Below, piece by piece: positions 58,388-64,000 of a stretch of DNA of 64,000 nucleotides; position 1 is the stretch's first letter; each line of letters begins with the position of its first letter. Below the pieces are notes generated by a model that saw nothing but the letters and a program-made list of their open reading frames with translations, ran no database searches and was not told the DNA's origin. The DNA is from Eledone cirrhosa (taxonomy: Eukaryota): positions 354,020,001-354,084,000 of the forward strand of contig OZ024743.1 of NCBI GenBank assembly GCA_964016885.1. The letters run 5' to 3'. The position numbers and the translations under genes are program-made.

Positions 58388-58993
58388 AGGTCACCAGTTG
58401 GTGCTACTGGTAACATGTATACCAGTAAAACCTGTCTCATGGTCTGGTCGTTGGCGACTAAACTGGCAACCCCACCAAGGTTTCTTGGTGAGGAGGGTGA
58501 CTTTGGACATCCTGCAGGACTAAAAACAAAACCTTTCAAAGGGCAAAGGAGCTCTTAAGAGTCAATGGCCATCCAAAATCACCGGGAGAGATGACCCCTT
58601 AGCCTTTGTCAAGGCAGAATTCTAGGAGAAGGAAAACTGATATAACACCTGCAACCCTGATGGTATCCAATGATGTTGACTTGTTCTTCTTTTTGGTAAA
58701 TATCATCTTAGTTAAGAGAGTGGGACTGGCTTTGTGCAGTGCCTTTGCTCACTATAAAAGCTTCACGGCACCGACATTGCTTTATATCTGGAGATCTCTC
58801 TGCACTTGTCATCACATGGTACCATGGGCCCAGCACTATGTGTCAATAATTGTCACAGATGTAGTGTTTGTACCAGAGTTTTCAAGTCGCTGGCTGCACT
58901 AAAAAGTCACAGTCGTTCAGCGCCTCAGTAGGGGTTCTCCTACATGGATATAAAGCAGTGGCCATACTCGAAAACGAGTTGGCAGCCACCATA

Positions 58994-59044
<51 letters not shown>

Positions 59045-59093
59045 AAAAGAAATCGAAAATGTAACTGGAGACATTTTAAGAATATTCAATTGT

Positions 59094-59187
59094 TTCCTTT
59101 ACCGGTTTGACACTTCATATGCTTTTCAAAAGTAGAATTGAGATGAAGGGTTTGAAAAGCATAAGAAGTGTGAAACCGGTAAAGGAA
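59094..59187. repeat. Inverted repeat, 37-bp arms, 20-nt spacer
   Basis: TTCCTTTACCGGTTTGACACTTCATATGCTTTTCAAA / TTTGAAAAGCATAAGAAGTGTGAAACCGGTAAAGGAA. Confidence 0.85.
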
Positions 59188-59244
59188 GGAAAGGAATACT
59201 CTTAAAAAAGACTCCAGCTGCATTTTCGAATTCTTTTCCGTATA

Positions 59245-59382
<138 letters not shown>

Positions 59383-59704
59383 TATGTACACGTACATACA
59401 TATATGTATACAGACGTACAGTAATATGTATATACATACATACATGCACACATATATATATGTACGTATGGGTTTACCGAACATTTATTATAATGTTCGG
59501 TTTGTTTGTAAACAAACAGCCCGAATTAAGCCGTACAGTGTTCGGCAACCATCGTTGCCCTTTTGTTCAACACTGACAAAGGAACGATGAACTAGTTTCT
59601 AGCTTATTAGCTGTCATCAGCACCGTATACCTTCCTGACAGTCGATTGAACGTTTGAAAGTATATACTTTCCTTATGCATATTAACAGCTGAGCAACCTA
59701 ATTT

Positions 59705-60767
<1,063 letters not shown>

Positions 60768-60813
60768 GGGCGCTGGATTGGCAGTATCAGTAGAGAGTCG
60801 GACGCCATTCTTT
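60768..60813 (+). mobile_element. SINE family A 5' head, truncated
   Basis: GGGCGCTGGATTGGCAGTATCAGTAGAGAGTCGGACGCCAT matches the 5' ends of 34314 and 47648. Confidence 0.7.
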
Positions 60814-61399
60814 CCACTCGTTCCTATATATATATAGGAACGAGTAGGACCTCGACGGCTGAGCTCAAGCCGTCTCGACGGCTAATTCTGGACTAGATGA
60901 ACATTTTTATCCTGGTAAATGAATAGCCGAACTTCTCAGGGGGTAATATTCCATATATGGTAAAAGTGATTGTCACAAGGATTGGTCAAAAGTTTGTTGT
61001 TGAGACACATAATTCTATCATAGCATTTTGTGGAAGGAAGGGGTAGCTGAACTTGCCAATAGAAGAAAGAGGGAGAGGGAGTGGAGGAAACCCTGTCGTG
61101 CGTTGAAAGTGACGACTACAGCAGAATCCTAAGGATAAGAGGTTAAGAGGGGGAGGGGGGTCGAAACAATACCCTCCTAGTATAACAATATATATATATA
61201 TATATATATATAGGTGTGTGTGTGAGTGTGTGTGAGTGTGTGTGTGTATGTGTGTGTGTATGTGCGTGTGTGTTTATGCATGTCTATTCTATTGTGAATG
61301 TGTATATATATATATATATGTACGTGCATGTGATGGGTTTAGGTGTGTGAGAACCGGAAGGGTTGATGGTCAGCCACACGTCTACTATCAGGCATCGCC

Positions 61400-61755
61400 A
61401 GGCAGATATGTTCAATTATTACGCATACATTCCCTCCATAGTAATGAACAAAGCACTTTCCTAAACTATTCGGAACTCTGGTATCTTCAGAAGGAATGTG
61501 GATATTATAATGACTGCTAGGAAAACACTAATAGAATTCGAAGGCAAATTCTGGGAACGTAAGGACCGACCAGGCATCTTTTGACATAACAATGGGGTCT
61601 AGCGACTTGGCACAATTCACAGACATAGTAGGAATCTATTTACTCCAAAACATTTGGTTGGGTTTCCAGGAGGTTCGAAGAGAACTGTTCAGAGACGACG
61701 CCCTTTTTACCTTGCAAAACCACAATACAAACCAGGCATTTTGTAAAGATTAGGA
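61400..61755 (+). pseudogene. Reverse transcriptase fragment of a third Penelope-like family
   Basis: ADMFNYYAYIPS...IIMTARKTLIEFEGKFWERK...FDITMGSSDLAQFTDIVGIYLL...LFRDD (cf. PLE FDVTMGS.DGAE.C.LVG.Y.L...LYRDD); one stop and one frameshift. Confidence 0.72.
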
Positions 61756-61854
61756 CTCAACAGCGATAGAACAGGCAACAAGAAATGTGTATCACAGGTC
61801 GATACACAATAAAAACATAAATATATGTAAACAAAATGTTATCCTTCTTTCCTT

Positions 61855-61901
<47 letters not shown>

Positions 61902-61984
61902 GATTATATACAAACACACATATATACACAGAGGCACACCATGAAACATACGTACATACATACATAAGCACAATACAAACAGAC

Positions 61985-62059
<75 letters not shown>

Positions 62060-62427
62060 CTCACACACATATATATATTTCATAGATGAAAATGATTTGT
62101 GTGTTCAGTGGTCTATTTAGATCTGAATTTCTTCCACCACATCAGATCATATGAAAATAATTAGCGGCAAAAACAATATTGCATTAGCAATAAATAGAGA
62201 AATAAAAAATTGGATAATAAAGAACCAAACATACATACGTATATATAGTTATACACACACACACACACACATGCATACACATATACACGCACACACATAC
62301 ACACACACATATATATACATATATTTACATATGAATATTTATATATGTATACTTTTATGTATACTCACACGCGTATATTACTACATTACTGTGGTAACGT
62401 TTATCTCTGGCTAATTTTTCTTTCTCT

Positions 62428-62429
<2 letters not shown>

Positions 62430-62525
<96 letters not shown>

Positions 62526-62536
62526 ACACACGCACA

Positions 62537-62588
<52 letters not shown>

Positions 62589-62637
62589 TACACACACACA
62601 CACATACACACACACACACATACACACACACACAGAC

Positions 62638-62675
<38 letters not shown>

Positions 62676-62687
62676 ACACACACACAG

Positions 62688-62721
<34 letters not shown>

Positions 62722-62744
62722 ACACACACACAGACACACACACA

Positions 62745-62792
<48 letters not shown>

Positions 62793-62841
62793 TACACACA
62801 CACACATACACACACACACACATACACACACACACACAGAC

Positions 62842-62915
<74 letters not shown>
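62430..62915. repeat. (CA)n with GA/TA interruptions, then (TA)n
   Basis: Read directly; other long CA tracts at 50395-50495, 59249-59342 and 61988-62057. Confidence 0.95.
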
Positions 62916-62918
<3 letters not shown>

Positions 62919-64000
62919 GGTGTGTGTATGTGTGTATTAGTAGGACTAACACAAGTGCAGCTCGACTAGATTTGTCTAACAGTTGCTGTTTTATCAAGAG
63001 TGCCTCATCTTGCTACATTAACAGGCCTTGGATTTATTCACTTGAATGTAAGTACATTCGGTATCAGTGCATATAAAATAAACATCTTAATTAAACACCG
63101 TTTGTATTCACACACCTCCACACACGCGTACACTCCACTTGCACGCTTATATCTATTAGGTTCCACAAGATAGAATGCAGGGTATTGTATAAATAAAATT
63201 ATTCGGTCTCGATGCTTGAACAAAGTGTATATTTATTTTTAAAAGTTTCACCATTGAAAAAACGTATATTAGAATAGACACTTTGTAAAGTAACTCATAT
63301 TTACTGTAAATTTTATGATAATTATAAAACACCATTAAGTATTGGACTATGTAAGACCAGTATCCTATGAAGGTGTACCAATAGGTTCATATAATGAAAC
63401 TGGATTCTTAGGGTGTTCCAAGGAACACATTTCTATTAGATACTCTTCGCTGGGCTATTTTACACGCCAAAATTGATAAAATTTAAACTGAAAAAATAAT
63501 CTGCTAAAACGTTTGGAAGTGCTTTTTCATTTTTCCTTAGATTGGTGCTGATCCAAAGAATGATATGATATAGGAAAGTAGATGATATTTAGTTCAAATG
63601 TTAATGTTTAATATTGAGGAGAAAATAGTAAATAAAACAGATGTATTAAAAAGTCAACTATGAGAGATCAAAATTATTTAATTGGCACTTAGAGAAGAGA
63701 CAGCATTTCGTAAATCATCCTGATCTTGTGTTTAGATAATACCGGAATGATTGATGTTATTCAAAATTAATCTTTAATAAGGTGAACATAAGTTGAACGT
63801 TATAGATCCCTTTATATGTTGACCGATCCTATCGAGTATTTTCCACTTGAAGACAGTAATCATTTTCGTAATGTACAGCTTAAAACGGAACACATTAGTT
63901 GGTTCACACCGAACAATAAACTAATACAATGATATACTATATTGAAATTAAAAAAAGCAACAACACTTTATCAACAACAAACCATAAACATGTAAATCAA

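Noticed and set aside
58385-58975. Possible RTE-type LINE 5' UTR
   Set aside because: Only a vague recollection of motifs (CTAGGAGAAGGAAAACT); no coding support.
62935-64000. Degraded coding sequence at the right edge
   Set aside because: No sustained frame or recognisable motif.

Overview
Eukaryotic, repeat-dominated, apparently non-genic DNA. The SINE types and extreme microsatellite load suggest an octopus/cephalopod genome (inference from recalled repeat sequences, not a search). Positions 1-27.1 kb are a 32-bp CA-rich satellite with nested higher-order duplications. Positions 27-31 kb are a microsatellite mosaic. Positions 32-64 kb are layered transposon remnants: tRNA-derived SINEs, Helitron ends, Tc1/mariner, hAT, RTE and CR1-like LINE ends, and at least three Penelope-like element (PLE) families. 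One PLE is near full length (RT + GIY-YIG) with a 1.14-kb inverted pseudo-LTR. The most notable pattern is a series of fold-back (palindromic) insertions abutting (TA)n tracts. Several carry minimal type I hammerhead ribozymes or hammerhead halves. Two divergent PLE families share a covarying hammerhead, NRF1/YY1-like motifs and a conserved 3' tail. No host protein-coding gene can be supported, and most ORF-track entries are translations of simple repeats.
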